A stretch of 64,000 nucleotides of DNA from Gekko japonicus (taxonomy: Eukaryota), in NCBI RefSeq assembly GCF_001447785.1, contig NW_015172604.1, positions 334,140 to 398,139 of the forward strand, in the 5' to 3' direction. The notes beneath the pieces are model-generated. The model searched no databases, was not told the DNA's origin, and worked only from the letters and a program-made list of their open reading frames with translations. Each line of letters begins with the position of its first letter. Position 1 is the stretch's first letter. The position numbers and the translations under genes were made by a program. Positions 1-12,168 of this stretch are shown one piece after another.

Positions 1-81
1 ACAGCTCCCACCATGGCTCTGCGTTTTTTCCTGTCCCACCAGCCCACTCCCTGCTCTTGCTCACTACGGAACCATCCTCAC

Positions 82-330
82 CTGTAATGCCATTCTGGGC
101 TCCGCTCCCATTCCCCCCAGCAGCAGCCGGCCTGCGGGCACCGGATGCAACACTGACCCCAGGCCCTGACTTCTTGGCATTCGCTGCTGTTGGCTTAGCC
201 TGTGCTCTGAAGGCGTCAGTGACTGCCGGCTTGCCCGGAGGGGCACCTCCCACGCCCTGGGCCTGCTGCTTCAACTTCTTTCTTTTCTTCTTCTTCTTCG
301 GCTGAGCATCGTCCTCCCCTGACCCAGGTC
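82..330 (-). CDS. SURF6: SURF6 coding exon 2 (Lys-rich nucleolar protein; gene continues left of the window)
   Basis: Acceptor cttccccAG at 332-331; reads (G)GPGSGEDDAQPKKKKKRKKLKQQ...QNGIT; donor GTGAGG at 81; phase matches the upstream exon. Confidence 0.8.
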
Positions 331-1268
331 CTGGGGAAGTGGGAAGGCAGAGAAGTGAGTTGCATTTCCTGCGAGGGAAACAATCTAAGCCTGTCTCTGG
401 CATGCCAGGAAGGACAGGACAGGGAGAATCTGCCTCCAGGACTAAAGGGACCCCCCAACAGCCCAGAAGACCTCCACCGATCGGGGTGGCCCTTTCCCTG
501 TGCCCTGAAAAGAAGACAGGAGACCAACTGGACCAGGCTGCTTAGACTACCCAAAACAGCCAAATGCCCAAGACAATTGTCTGTCGCTTGCTGTTTTTTT
601 GGAATTAAACTACAAACTATTTTTTGGCAACTAAAGAGAAAGAGTGGTATATACTTGCATTAAATGCAGAAATAAATGCCCCAAATTCTGGACAAATTAA
701 TTTACTATAATTTCAAAGAGTTTCACACCAACGAGAGTGGGAATTACCTGGAGGAGGAGTTTTCCTTAAATCTGCTTTCTGAGACAGGTTTTTTTAAATG
801 TGAAAGATATATATACTTATGTATTTCTATCAAATTATATTCTGCCCTCCCTGCGAGCGGGCTCAGGGCGGATCACAAACAAATTTTGAGCCACTCAGCT
901 CATCCCAATGAGCACACAATTCCTGTGAACCTCACCACGAGATGCTTTTCTTTAAAAAGAAGGGCAGCAAATAAGCCTATGAATGAATAAATATTCACTC
1001 AGGAAGAATTCAAGTGGCTAGCCCTCATGATCCTCGATGTCACAGCAGCTTCAGAATTCCACAAATCACCCAGTTTTGGAGCAACAGCTCTGTTTCCAGA
1101 GGGCACTGTGCAACTGTGTTTGCTGGAAATGAGCTTGAAGGCCAAAGAAATTCATTTGTCCCAAGTTGCAGTATAACCACTTGTGCCTAGAGGAGCTTAC
1201 AGCCTAAGAGGCAGCACATTTGGTAATACAACATCCATGAAGACCAATGTGAATCTCAGAAACTGTAC

Positions 1269-1362
1269 CGAATTTTCTTTTTCGTGGCTCCTGCACTTCC
1301 TGGGCGCAAATCTTCTTAGCCAGTTGCTGTAAATAAGAGTCTTTGTTGGCTAAACTGGCCAT
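1269..1362 (-). CDS. SURF6: SURF6 first coding exon
   Basis: MASLANKDSYLQQLAKKICAQEVQEPRKRKF resembles the SURF6 N-terminus (MASLLAKDAYLQSLAKKIC in human); 94 nt; GT donor at 1268. Confidence 0.92.
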
Positions 1363-1931
1363 TTCTGAACAAGGCCTTGTGAAGGGGTAACCCACAGTTT
1401 GTAAGAAAAGCACACGGAAAGATAACAGCCCTCAGGGCCAAACGCCTCAAGGAGACTCTTCCTGCAGCAAGGAGGCCACCGCACGGTACTTATCTGTCTC
1501 TCATCACGAACGTGGACATTAACCCTAGAGAACAAGAAACAAAAATAAATGTCAGCAGAAGGACACGTGTTGTGTGGCAGGTCTTCAGTGGCAGCGCAAG
1601 GAGAAAAGCAACAAGAAAGGAAAGGTGCCAAAAGGCCTTCAAAATGAGTGAACCAGAGGCAGAAACTCCAGCTGCCTCCTGATCTCAGGTACACTGAGGC
1701 AGAAAGACTGGGGGGTGGGGGGGGGGTCTGAAGCAGAAAAACAAGGTTTGAGTCCAGGGCACCTTGACGACCAAAAAAGTTTCGTTCTGGGTATGAGCTT
1801 CTGTGTGCACTCAAGCAGGGGCGTAAAGGCGCCCCTGGACTCCTTTAGGCAGGAAGGCCACTCCAAGCCGGAGGGCACCCCGTTGCGTTGCCAGGAGCTG
1901 GCCCGAGGCGATCTATCGGCAGAGTTACGAC

Positions 1932-2137
1932 CAGTGTTCCCTCTAAGCTGAGTGAGTGTGAGCTAGCTCACCGTTTTTTAGCCTCCGGCTCACACATTTT
2001 TGTCTTAGCTCAGGAACGATGGCTCCAGAGCACACTAATGTATGCAGTAGCCAAATTGCTCGCTCACAACTTTAATGCCAGCCGCTCACAAAGTAGGATT
2101 TCTGCTCACAAGACTCCACAGCTTAGAGGGAGCATTG
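1932..2137. mobile_element. hAT-type MITE, family A (TIR CA(G/A)TGTTCCCTCTAAGCTG)
   Basis: TIRs plus an exact 8-bp TSD GTTACGAC. Confidence 0.9.
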
Positions 2138-2389
2138 GTTACGACCTCGTGAGCCCTCTGCCGAACAGCGCTGCTCTCCGCCCGCTTGGGCTCACGCACA
2201 CTCAAGAACCCACGCCCAGTGCCCTTCCCAACTGGATTCTATGGTGTGAACGGGCCAAACCCAGTTGGGAAATGCCCAGGCTGAGAGTGCGTGTGACGGC
2301 AGCCGTGCTCAGCGCGCCACGCGGCCCGCCTGGAAGCACCCGCGAATCCGTTCCGCTTCCCTCCAAGCAGACACGCAGAGGGTCGGGAC

Positions 2390-3446
2390 CAGTGTTCCCT
2401 CTAAGCTGAGTTAGTGTGAGCTAGCTCACAGTTTTTTATCCTCCGGCTCACATATTTTTATCCTAGCTCAGGAAGGATGGCTCCAGAGGAAACCGATTTA
2501 TGCAGCAGCCACATTGCTCACTCACAGCTTTAATGCCCGTAGCTCACAAAGTAGAATAAGAACATAAGAGACGCCAATGTTAGATCAGGCCAAAGGCCCA
2601 TCCGGTCCAACACTCTGTGTCACACAGTGGCCAGAAATACCAGTGCCATCAGGAGGTTCACCAGTGGGGCCAGGACACTAGAAGCCCTCCCACTGTTGCC
2701 CCCCCCCCAGCACCAAGAATACAGAGCATCACTTGGCCCTAGACCGAGAGTTCCTATAAGAGCATAAGAGAAGCCAATGTTTGATCAGGCCAATTGGCCA
2801 TCTAGTCCAACACTCTGTCACACAGTGGCCAAAAATACCAGGTGCCATCCGGAGGTCCACCAGTGGGGCCAGGACATTAGAAGCCCTCCCACTGTTGACC
2901 CCCCCCCAAAAAAACACCAAGAAGACAGAGCATCACTTGCCCCAGAGCCCCTATCTATACCTTGTGGCTAATAGCCACTGATGGACCTCTGCTCCAAATG
3001 CTTATCTAATTCCCTTTTGAAGCCATCCATGCTTGTAGCCGCCTCCACCTCCTGTGGCAGTGAATTCCATGTGTTCTTGAAAAAGAGCAGTTTCTGTCAA
3101 AGGTCTCTCAGCCCCGCCTGCCTCACAGGGTGTCTGTTGTGGGGAGAGGAAGGGAAAGGAGACTGTAAACCGCTCTGAGACTCCCTTGGATAGTGAAGGG
3201 CGGGGTATAAATCCAATCTCTTCTTCTTAATTGGCATATTTATGGAATTTAAAGGTATAAATGCTCAGTTGTCTACAAGCAAAATTTCAAATACACCCAA
3301 TACTAAAGCGAGAGCAAGCTGCAAACTGCTGTACTCTATGCTATTTTAGCATGGTTCATTCATTTCAAAATGGCTCAGGCCCAAAGTCTGCAAGCCTACT
3401 AGCGGCCTGTGGCTCACAAGACCCCCACAGCTTAGAGGGAGCATTG
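2390..3446. mobile_element. hAT MITE family A with nested CR1-like and SINE fragments
   Basis: TSD GTCGGGAC on both sides; ~860 bp of other sequence inserted at ~2557-3410. Confidence 0.85.
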
Positions 3447-4050
3447 GTCGGGACCGCGACGGAATCCAGAGGACGCCTTTCCCCCGCTTCCCTGCCCGCC
3501 TGCAGACTACCGACCCGCCGGGACCTGTGCTGGGGCTCCGCCGGCAGGCAGGGAAGAGAGCGGGCAAGATCCCTCCGGGGTGGGGTGGGAGGCCGTGTGC
3601 CTGTGCCCGCCCAGGGCCGGGGAAGCCCCGCCAGCCGCCGCAGTCCTTGCCCGGCGCGTCGCGCCAAACCCACGAGGCGCCCCGACCGGCTGGGCTCGCG
3701 AGGAGGAGGTAGGCTTACCAAATTCCGGCGGGGGGACGGCTGCACGTGCTGCACCCGCCGTCGCCAGGATGTGACGCTCCGCGTCGCTCTGGCAACGGGA
3801 CGTTTAAGGCTAATCCGGGGTGGAGATTCCAGGATGGGCCCGGGGCTCGCCCACGCTGGTCAGAGCTGGGAAGCCGAACAGGGCCTCGGGCCCCGGTCGG
3901 TATTTGGAAGGGAAGCCACCGGCCGCGACAGCAGAGGCTGCCCGCGGGCCCAGCTGCAGCTCTGGACGCCGCTTGCCGGGCGGGTTTTGCATCGAACTGG
4001 CCGCGACTTGGATCGCGAAAGAGGGAAGGGTTTAAAGGGGGAGGGTAAAA
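3447..4050 (-). promoter_or_regulatory. SURF6: CpG island: probable SURF6 promoter with a non-coding first exon ending near 3719
   Basis: Very CpG-rich; minus-strand donor TG|GTAAGC at 3718; pyrimidine-rich acceptor just upstream of the ATG at 1362. Confidence 0.6.
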
Positions 4051-4077
4051 AGGTGTTCCCTGGAGGGTTAGGGCTGG

Positions 4078-4639
4078 CAATGTTCCCTCTAAGCTGTAGA
4101 GTCTCGTGAGCAGAAATTCTACTTTGTGAGCTTAAAAAGGTAAAGGTTCCCTTGCTCGAAAGCCAGTCGAGTCCGACTCTAGGGTTGCGGTGCTCATCTC
4201 CGTTTCAAAGCCGAAGAGCCAGCGCTGTCCGAAGACGTTTCCGTGGTCATGTGGCCGGCATGACTAAACACCGAGGCGCACGGAACGCTGTTACCTTCCC
4301 ACCAAAGTGGTCCCTATTTATCTACTTGCAATTTCTTGCTTTCGAACTGCTAGGTTGGCAGGAGCTGGAACTAGAGATGGGAGCTCACCCCGTCTTGCGG
4401 CACCCGGGTCTTGAACCGCTGAACTACTGACCTTCCACAGCCTGCAGTTCAGCGTCTTAACCACTTGAGCCACCGCAGCTCCAGGTTACCGGCCTTAAAA
4501 CTCTGAGCGAGCCATTTGGCTGCTGCGTAAATTAGTCTGCCCCGGAGCCATCCCTTCCCGAGCGGAGACAAAAATCTGTGAGCTGGAGGCTAAAAAACTG
4601 TGAGCTAGCTCACACTAACTCAGCTTAGAGGGGACACTG
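4078..4639. mobile_element. hAT MITE family A with a nested Sauria-type SINE (~4135-4483, minus)
   Basis: Both TIRs present; the internal SINE has a tRNA-like head and an ACCTTT tail. Confidence 0.85.
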
Positions 4640-4800
4640 GTTAGGGGAGAATCACTGGAGTCTGGCCCCGCCGGAGGACCTCCTGATGGGCCCCTGGGCT
4701 TTGGCCACCGAGTGTCATAGAGGCTTGGACGGGAGGGGCCACAGACCTGATCCAACGTGGCTTTTCTGATGTTCTGAGTCATAGCTGGGCCAGCCACTTA

Positions 4801-5376
4801 GAAGAAGAAAAAGAGAAGAGATTGGGTTTATACCCCATGGCCCTTCACTACCTGAAGGCGTCTCAGAGCGGCTCACAAACTCCTTTCCCTTCCCCTCCCC
4901 GCATCAGACACCCTGGGAGGCAGGTGGGGCTGAGAGAGCTNNNNNNNNNNNNNNNNNNNNNNNNNNNNNNNNNNNNNNNNNNNNNNNNNNNNNNNNNCCA
5001 AGGGAGTCTCAGAGCGGCTTGCAAACTCCTTTCCCTTCCCCTCCCCACAACAGACACCCTGTGAGGTAGAAGAAGAGGAGATTGGATTTATACCCCGCCC
5101 TTCACTACCCAAGGGAGTCTCAGAGCAGCTTGCAAACTCCTTTCCCTTCCCCTCCCCACAACAGACACCCTGTGAGGCAGGTGGGGCTGAGAGAGCTCTG
5201 ACAGAAACGGCTGTTTTTCAAGAACAGCTGTGAGAGAACTTGTCACTGAAGAAGAGGAGATTGGATTTATACCCAATGGCCCTTCACTACCCAAAGGTGT
5301 CTCAGAGTGTCTTACAAACTTCTTCCCCTCCCCACAGCAGACAGACACCCTGTGAGGTAGGTGGGGCTGAGAGACT
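4801..5376 (-). mobile_element. Cluster of 3' fragments of the (TCT)n-tailed SINE, spanning an N gap at 4941-4997
   Basis: Repeated GAAGAAGAGGAGATTGGATTTATACCC units. Confidence 0.7.
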
Positions 5377-6560
5377 TAACTACGACAGCAAACTGGGGTT
5401 TCTCTAGGGTGGGGGCAGATAGGAAATGGCAGTTCATAATTGTCAATTCAACTGGGAGGTCTGGCCCCCGCTGATGGACCTCCTGATGGCCCCTGGGTGA
5501 CACAGGGTGCTGGACTGGATGGGCCACTGACCTAATCCAACATGGCTCCTCTACTGTTCTTATGACGTGAGAGACACCCAGTAATGTGCCTGGATGTTAG
5601 GGTCTTTCATAGAATCTTCAAGATTGACACGACACAGGTAGGGTTGCCTCAAGATCTCCCAGAATTCTCCCATGATCTCCCGGTGGGGCCTCAAGACCTC
5701 CCAGAATTTAAACTAATTTCCTGAGGACAAAGTTCCGTTCCCCTGGAGGAAAGAACTGCTTTGGAGGGTGCATGATGCCCCACTGAAGTCCATTCCCTTC
5801 CCAAACCCTGCCCTCCGCAGGCTCCATGCCCAGATCTCCAGGAATCTCTGTACCCAGAGTTGATCACCTGAAAGGATGATGTAGTTACTTATTAGGCTTC
5901 AGCTAGGGCTATCTGAAGGAAATCATGTCTGGTGATCCCAGGCCCCCGGAAGGTAAAGCTTGCTGCGACCAGGGCCAGATCCTTCTCAGTGGCAGCCCCC
6001 ACCTGGTGGAACGAGCTCCCAGAGATCAGGGCCCTGCGGGACCTTATGCAGTTCCGCAGGGCCTGCAAGACGGAGCTCTTCCACCAGGACTTTGATTAGG
6101 AGCCGCCGCTGCCACCACCACCACCAATGGTGGCGATACCATCGGGATTAGGAATCACCCTTGGAAGTTCCACCATAAATTGCATGGCACTGATAATGTG
6201 GGATTTGGCTTGAACTATCTACTGGACAGTGTCACCCCAATGGGGAGGATTTGAGAATGCCATCAAAACCACTCAAGACCATCTTGTTTACAGAAAGCAC
6301 TTTATTATTGTATTGTTATTATTATTCATGGTTTTATTGTCTTATCTGGTTTTATGTATGGGCTCATGCCCCTTGTAAGCTGCCCTGAGCCCGCTAGCGG
6401 GGAGGGCAGGGTAAAAAATGCCTAAATAAATAAAATAAATGTCTGTCCGGATGAAAATCTGTGGCAAGTGTCACTGAATCCTTTTAGCTCAAACTTGAAT
6501 ACTAAAGTTATAAACCCAGGTAGTCAGCTGTGTTGGCCTGAAGCAGCAGAACAAGTGTAG

Positions 6561-6743
6561 AGTCCCGTGGCACCTTTAAGACCATCAAAGGTTTATCCAA
6601 GGTATGAGCTTTCATTTGCCTGCACACTTTTTCAAATACAAATATCTTACCCCCCATTCCAATCTATTTGAAAAAGTGTGCCATGCACACAAAAGCTCAT
6701 ACCCTGATTAAACCTTTGCTGGTCTTAAAGGTGCCATGGGACT
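6561..6743. repeat. Inverted repeat, probably Penelope-derived
   Basis: Arms of ~75 bp (GGCACCTTTAAGACC...TTTTTCAAATA and its reverse complement); related fragments at ~1750, ~18640 and ~18960. Confidence 0.6.
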
Positions 6744-7527
6744 TTAAATTTGTTCTAGTTATAAACGTTATGTTGTTTCATTTAATAAATCCTTTACTTT
6801 TGAGTATTTGTGTGGAATCTACAGAAAATCTGCTGACTGCCCTCAGGAAAACAGTCCAAGTACAATTTGACTCAGAGATAGCATCAGAAAGCAAGGTAGA
6901 TGGTTTCTAGAGAGAAGACCTTTTTGAAGAAGCCCTCAGTAAGCAAGAGAGAAATTGCTAGGCTAGGACACAGATCGGAGAAAATGAGTTTTCTCCCCAT
7001 GGTAATTAACAGAGACTGGGTGACTGAATCCTGCAAGGTCCAACAATCTGCATATTTTTCTGTCAGAGACTGTCTTAGACTGCCCAGAAAAAGGTCCAGG
7101 TCAGGTTTTCTCACAAACAGCCATCCAAATTGAGGATGGTATTTAAGGTTGTACCCCCACAGAGCAGACAGTACTGGCATCTGTTTTCTTGGTAGGCATG
7201 GGGACATAAGATGCATTTTCCCATGCAACCTAAATTAGGGCTGTGCCCTTAACTCTTATGGCCTAGATTTCTTTTGTACAGGTGTCAGCCAAGTCTTGAA
7301 CCTTGAAACAGAGGGGTTTTCTTTCTCTGACAACCCTGCCTTGGTTTACTTATTTTTTATCTTCACTATCTTACAACCCACCTTTCTCACCAAGATGCCA
7401 GGTGGATGACCCAGAGTAATGCAGTGCCATCAACAGCATGAGACAGTGCAACAGGACTAGGCTCACGACATTAGAAGCCTCGCACTCCAGAAAGAAGCAA
7501 GCCCAAAACACTGACTGACCTAGTGTA

Positions 7528-7983
7528 GCAACTTCCATTTCACATACTGTGGCAGACGCCAATTTTCTAAATACGGGATACACATCTCCACTGGATCTCC
7601 ATTGCTTGCATAAACTTCTTGCTTTCTTGGGCCACACTATGACTGAAGATGGAAGTTTTCATCTCATTAGGCATCCAGTGCCATGGCTGCCAGCTGAGGA
7701 CCATTTCCGTGGACATTTCCGCACTCATTTTCCTCGCTTGCATGTGCCTGTTGCCGCATCTTCCATTTCACATACTGTGGTAGACGCCAATTTTCTAAAT
7801 ACGGGATACACATCTCCACTGGATCTCCATTGCTTGCATAAACTTCTTGCTTTCTTGGGCCACACTATGACTGAAGATGGAAGTTTTCATCTCATTAGGC
7901 ATCCAGTGCCATGGCTGCCAGCTGAGGACCATTTCCGTGGACATTTCCGCACTCATTTTCCTCGCTTGCATGTGCCTGTTGCC
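7528..7983. repeat. 228-bp direct tandem duplication
   Basis: Units 7528-7755 and 7756-7983 differ at only about 2 positions. Confidence 0.95.
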
Positions 7984-8435
7984 ATGTATGTGTCACTTCT
8001 AGAGATGTAAAATTTCTGGAAATTTTGAAGCCCGGAAAAAGACCCGGGTTTTTTCCATTTTTTTGAGGTGGTGGTGGTGGAAATTTTTGGAAAAATTGAA
8101 AAAATGCTACATTAGCATTTCTTTTGTCTTTTCTAGATTGAAAGTCATTCTGTTACTTTAGGAACATAAAATATGACTATGGACATTTTTACTTGGCATG
8201 AAATTATCACAACTAGCATATTAAAAATAAGTGTATCCAAACAATTATTACAAACAGAATACCCACCCACATGCAAAAACAAAACTGAAACCTTTTTATT
8301 GTCTTCTGACAATAGCACCTCCTAAAGGAAGAAATGCATCTTGTTCTTGCATTGGAGAGTTCAGTTTGTAACCTACAGCTTGCTTGTCCTCAGTGCACAG
8401 AAATTAGATCAATCTGATACCATATATATATATAT

Positions 8436-8823
8436 NNNNNNNNNNNNNNNNNNNNNNNNNNNNNNNNNNNNNNNNNNNNNNNNNNNNNNNNNNNNNNNNN
8501 NNNNNNNNNNNNNNNNNNNNNNNNNNNNNNNNNNNNNNNNNNNNNNNNNNNNNNNNNNNNNNNNNNNNNNNNNNNNNNNNNNNNNNNNNNNNNNNNNNNN
8601 NNNNNNNNNNNNNNNNNNNNNNNNNNNNNNNNNNNNNNNNNNNNNNNNNNNNNNNNNNNNNNNNNNNNNNNNNNNNNNNNNNNNNNNNNNNNNNNNNNNN
8701 NNNNNNNNNNNNNNNNNNNNNNNNNNNNNNNNNNNNNNNNNNNNNNNNNNNNNNNNNNNNNNNNNNNNNNNNNNNNNNNNNNNNNNNNNNNNNNNNNNNN
8801 NNNNNNNNNNNNNNNNNNNNNNN
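8436..8823. other. Assembly gap (other gaps at 4941-4997 and 61457-61482)
   Basis: Runs of N. Confidence 1.
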
Positions 8824-8978
8824 CCCCCTGTGAAATGAAAGAGGATGTGGACAAATACTTTGACCGGGGGGGAGTTGTCTTCTCCTTCCGGCTTTTGTCT
8901 TGTCCCTCTGCAATCTGTCCAATCCCAGCGAACAAAAGTCCCGTACATACCTTTGTAGCAATGCAAAACTCAGTGGGC

Positions 8979-8984
8979 TTTATT
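8979..8984 (-). terminator. MED22: Candidate polyadenylation signal for the long MED22 isoform
   Basis: AATAAA on the minus strand with a downstream GU-rich tract. Confidence 0.4.
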
Positions 8985-10877
8985 CATCCATCTGCTTACA
9001 TTTAGAAAAACATTTTGCCCTACATGCAAACCACAACACACTGAAATGTTTATGGCCCCGGTTGCCAGCTTCTCTTATTGGCCTTGCTCCTGGGCCTCTG
9101 GCAGCAAGAACAGGCAGAGATAGGAAGGCAGCAGAGCTGCTGTCGACAGAAACCAGGGGGAGAAATGCTTCTGTAGCTTAACGGCTGCGTGCAGTCCTGC
9201 CGTTAGAGGCCCAGGAGCAAGACCGCGAAATCCGGGGGCACCTCAACAGTTCCACAATTGCTTCCGATGGCCCAGTCCATTGCATGCATGCCACAACCCC
9301 TAGCTTATACCGCAGCTGATGGACATTTTTTATTCTTGGAAGAGGAAGGAGGGAGGTGATTTCTGCTGAGCCCTTCCCACTGCAACTCCCCCCCGCCATG
9401 ATGTTCATAAATGGGGGAGGAGAGGAAGAGAAGTCCCGCTTTAGAAACTCCGCTTGCAGATCTCCTAGGATACAAAACCATATCCCAAAATGCTTGGAGA
9501 CCAATTCTAAGGTCTACTCAGCATTTAAGCCAATGGCACCTACTTCTAGCAAAGCATGCTTGGAACTGCAGCTCCTGAGAAAAAGAAGAAACAGTGTGTG
9601 GTGATGAGTCTTTCACCAGTCTCAAGGAGAGGCCAGGAGAGGCCCTGAGACTGGGAGATGGTCGGGGGGGGGGTTAGAATGTGCAATAAGCATCTGTGGG
9701 ATGGGGAGGGCAGTGCTGGTTTAGCTGACACATCTGATCTGGAGGAAGAACACTGAAAATGAGACACCCAAGTATTTTGGGCCAAGCACCATGGAATGAC
9801 GGATAGGAGCACCTTCCAAAACTAACGGAAAAATGCAGGCAGGGCTTTCTCCCTCATTTTGTCTCCATGCCCAGAAAACTTCACCTGCTTTTATGTGCCA
9901 GGCTTCTCAAAAGGGACAGGGGCAGAAGAAAAAATTAAAAGGTGGCAGACCCTTCAAGGGGCTGAGTGGAAAGCAGGGGCGTCGATCTCTGCTTGGGGGT
10001 TGGACTAGGTGACCTGCAAGGTCCCTTCCAACTCTAACATTCTATGATTCTACTGACCCTGTGCCTTTGAAAGCCGGACAAACATGCAGAAACTCAACAG
10101 ACAAAAGCCCTCCAGAGCCAAGGCGGGTGATATGAAACACTTCACCTGCTTCCTGCCCGTCAGAAGGCAAAGGAGTGGGGTGGGGGGTGGGGGGGAGGCA
10201 AGACAACTCCTCCCTACAAAGAACACTTAACACCAAACAGGTATGGAGCAGGTGTTCATGAAGCTTAATTCCCTTGGGGTCCAGAGAATAAAATGTAAAA
10301 TATAAAAACCCGTTCCGAAATTCCTACTGAGGTAATACGAGCATCACACTATATGAACATCTGTTTTTCAAAGAGAAATTCCATCAGAGGAATAGCTGGA
10401 TTCGAGGCATCTTAGACAGCAGCAAGATGTTCGGGGTGGCAACTTCTTAGAGTCAGAGCTCTCTTTATCAGACACGAGGCGCAAAGGGAGCGTCGGCTCT
10501 CATAAACTCGTCCCCCCCCCCCCCCCCCGCCCCCCCCCCCCCCCCGTTGGTCTCTAAAGTGTGACTGGACTCTCACTGTTCCACTGCAGACCAAAACACC
10601 TCCCCAGAGAGAAATAACCCCGGACGGTCCTGTCTTTAAGCCTTCGGGCAGTCATATTAAACTGTCTCCCAAAGAAGCCGGAGTCCTATCAAAACTACCA
10701 GCTCTTTTGCCTGTAGCTTGCCAGCCTCCCTTCGTACTTCTCCTCTACCGTTTTCGTGAGATGCAGCCGAGAAGGGTCCCTGGCGAATGCAGCAGACCTC
10801 CTCAGAGGCAGAAGCTGCTGGGCTCAACCCAAGCGCCGAGACCTTGCAGCCTCAGCATGCGGCCAGAGGGGTCCCTC

Positions 10878-11079
10878 TCAGGCATGCTCCGTGGGGGCTG
10901 CTCCGTGTCCGTTGACGTGGGGGTGCGAGGGGGCAGGCCCCTGCTGGGGGGCTGGGATGGCTTGCTCCAGCATGGCAGCCGCCAGAGGCAGAGGGAGGCC
11001 TTCGGGGGAGCCCGCGGCAGGTTCTTGTCTCCAGTAGGCCTCACACAGTGGAAGGTCGTTGGCATCACACAGGCTGTAG
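10878..11079 (-). CDS. MED22: MED22 terminal exon of the long isoform
   Basis: SYSLCDANDLPLCEAYW...GAAPTEHA*; similar to the C-terminus of the human long isoform (LCEANDLPLCEAY...PTEHA). Confidence 0.9.
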
Positions 11080-12162
11080 CTTCCCAGCCGAAGAGAGGCA
11101 GGAAGGAGACGAAAGCAGAAGGGAGCAGCAGAGGGAGAGAGAGAGGGAGAAAAGCAAGAGAGGCAAGCGTTAAGAAAACAGCAAACTGTTGTTGGACGCA
11201 ACAATAAGTTTCTCCCACCCCTTCCTTTTAGGCTTAGCAGCTTATCTTGAAGTAGACATGGCGATGGGGCAGTCTTAAATAACCTCTTTGGGTAAAACCC
11301 AGTTAAGTTGATTGTGCCTGTCAAGCTTGTTGTTTGTTTTTGGGCTAGGAAAGGTAAGAACTCTGAAAAGGCTTTGTCCTATGGGAAGAATCAGGAGTCC
11401 ATGGAGTTGGACAAAAATTAATAAAATACTCAAAATACAGGATACAGGGCAGTGTCTTTGGCAATTAGATATGAGACCTTGAAGAAAATCATGCTTATTT
11501 ATAACCCATCTTCATCTTGCTTTTTAACCAAAAAGCCAACATGGTTCAGGAACTAATTTTCCTGGAGGGTTGATCCCCTGAAAAGGGGGTGGGGCCCAGG
11601 AAAGGCCAAGGGGAATGAAAACGGCCGCCCCATACTCCTTAGGGGGCTGGAGTTGGCCTCCTTTGCCTGACCTCCCCAAATTGCTTTCAGAGCCAAAGAC
11701 TAATTTTCGAGCCTTCTCACAGGCGGATGTCTCCGGGAAAGTGAGGACACTGCGGATGCAGATCTCCAATTTCACAGCAGGAGAAGAGGGGGCACAAATC
11801 TAATAAATAAATATAAATAAATAAAATGCTGTACTGGCACACTGGGCAATCTCTGCACATGCCATGAACACCCAGGGCCAAACTGGGGCACGGCCTGCCA
11901 AAGAATTTTCAAAGAGCAGGCTGAACGACTGGCACCATCTCTCAGTCCTCGTCCCAGGCCGGAGCCCCCCTCTGAAGTGCACAGGAGATGCAAAAGGAAG
12001 TAGAGGAGATACTGAAAGGCTGAGAAACAAAGAGAGGCAGAGAAGCAGGCTGTGCATGGAAAGGAGGGTAAAGGAGCCGCTTGCCCAAAGGCTGGGCGGC
12101 TTTGGAAGAAATATCAAATAAAACCAGTCCAGGACCGCCATGGCGGTTTGGTTCACGGCTGT

Positions 12163-12168
12163 TTTATT
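12163..12168 (-). terminator. MED22: Probable intronic polyadenylation signal for the short MED22 isoform
   Basis: AATAAA on the minus strand, followed by a U/GU-rich element, after an AU-rich UTR-like stretch. Confidence 0.55.

Noticed and set aside
3261-4109. 282-aa ORF and overlapping ORFs on both strands
   Set aside because: Arg/Gly/Pro-rich by-products of a CpG island plus MITE sequence; no recognisable domain
4152-4430. Recurrent MLESQSSPTLGLRCSS ORF family (also at 29156, 42313, 49204, 53199, 58932)
   Set aside because: Antisense translation of Sauria-type SINE copies, not a gene family
6660-6705. Possible hammerhead ribozyme in the Penelope-like repeat (also near 18915-18950)
   Set aside because: The catalytic core (CTGANGA...GAAA) is mutated in these copies
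7549-8010. 153-aa ORF with an internal repeat
   Set aside because: Explained by the 228-bp duplication; no homology or splice support
8341-8966. ORFs containing long X runs
   Set aside because: Artefacts of the N gap
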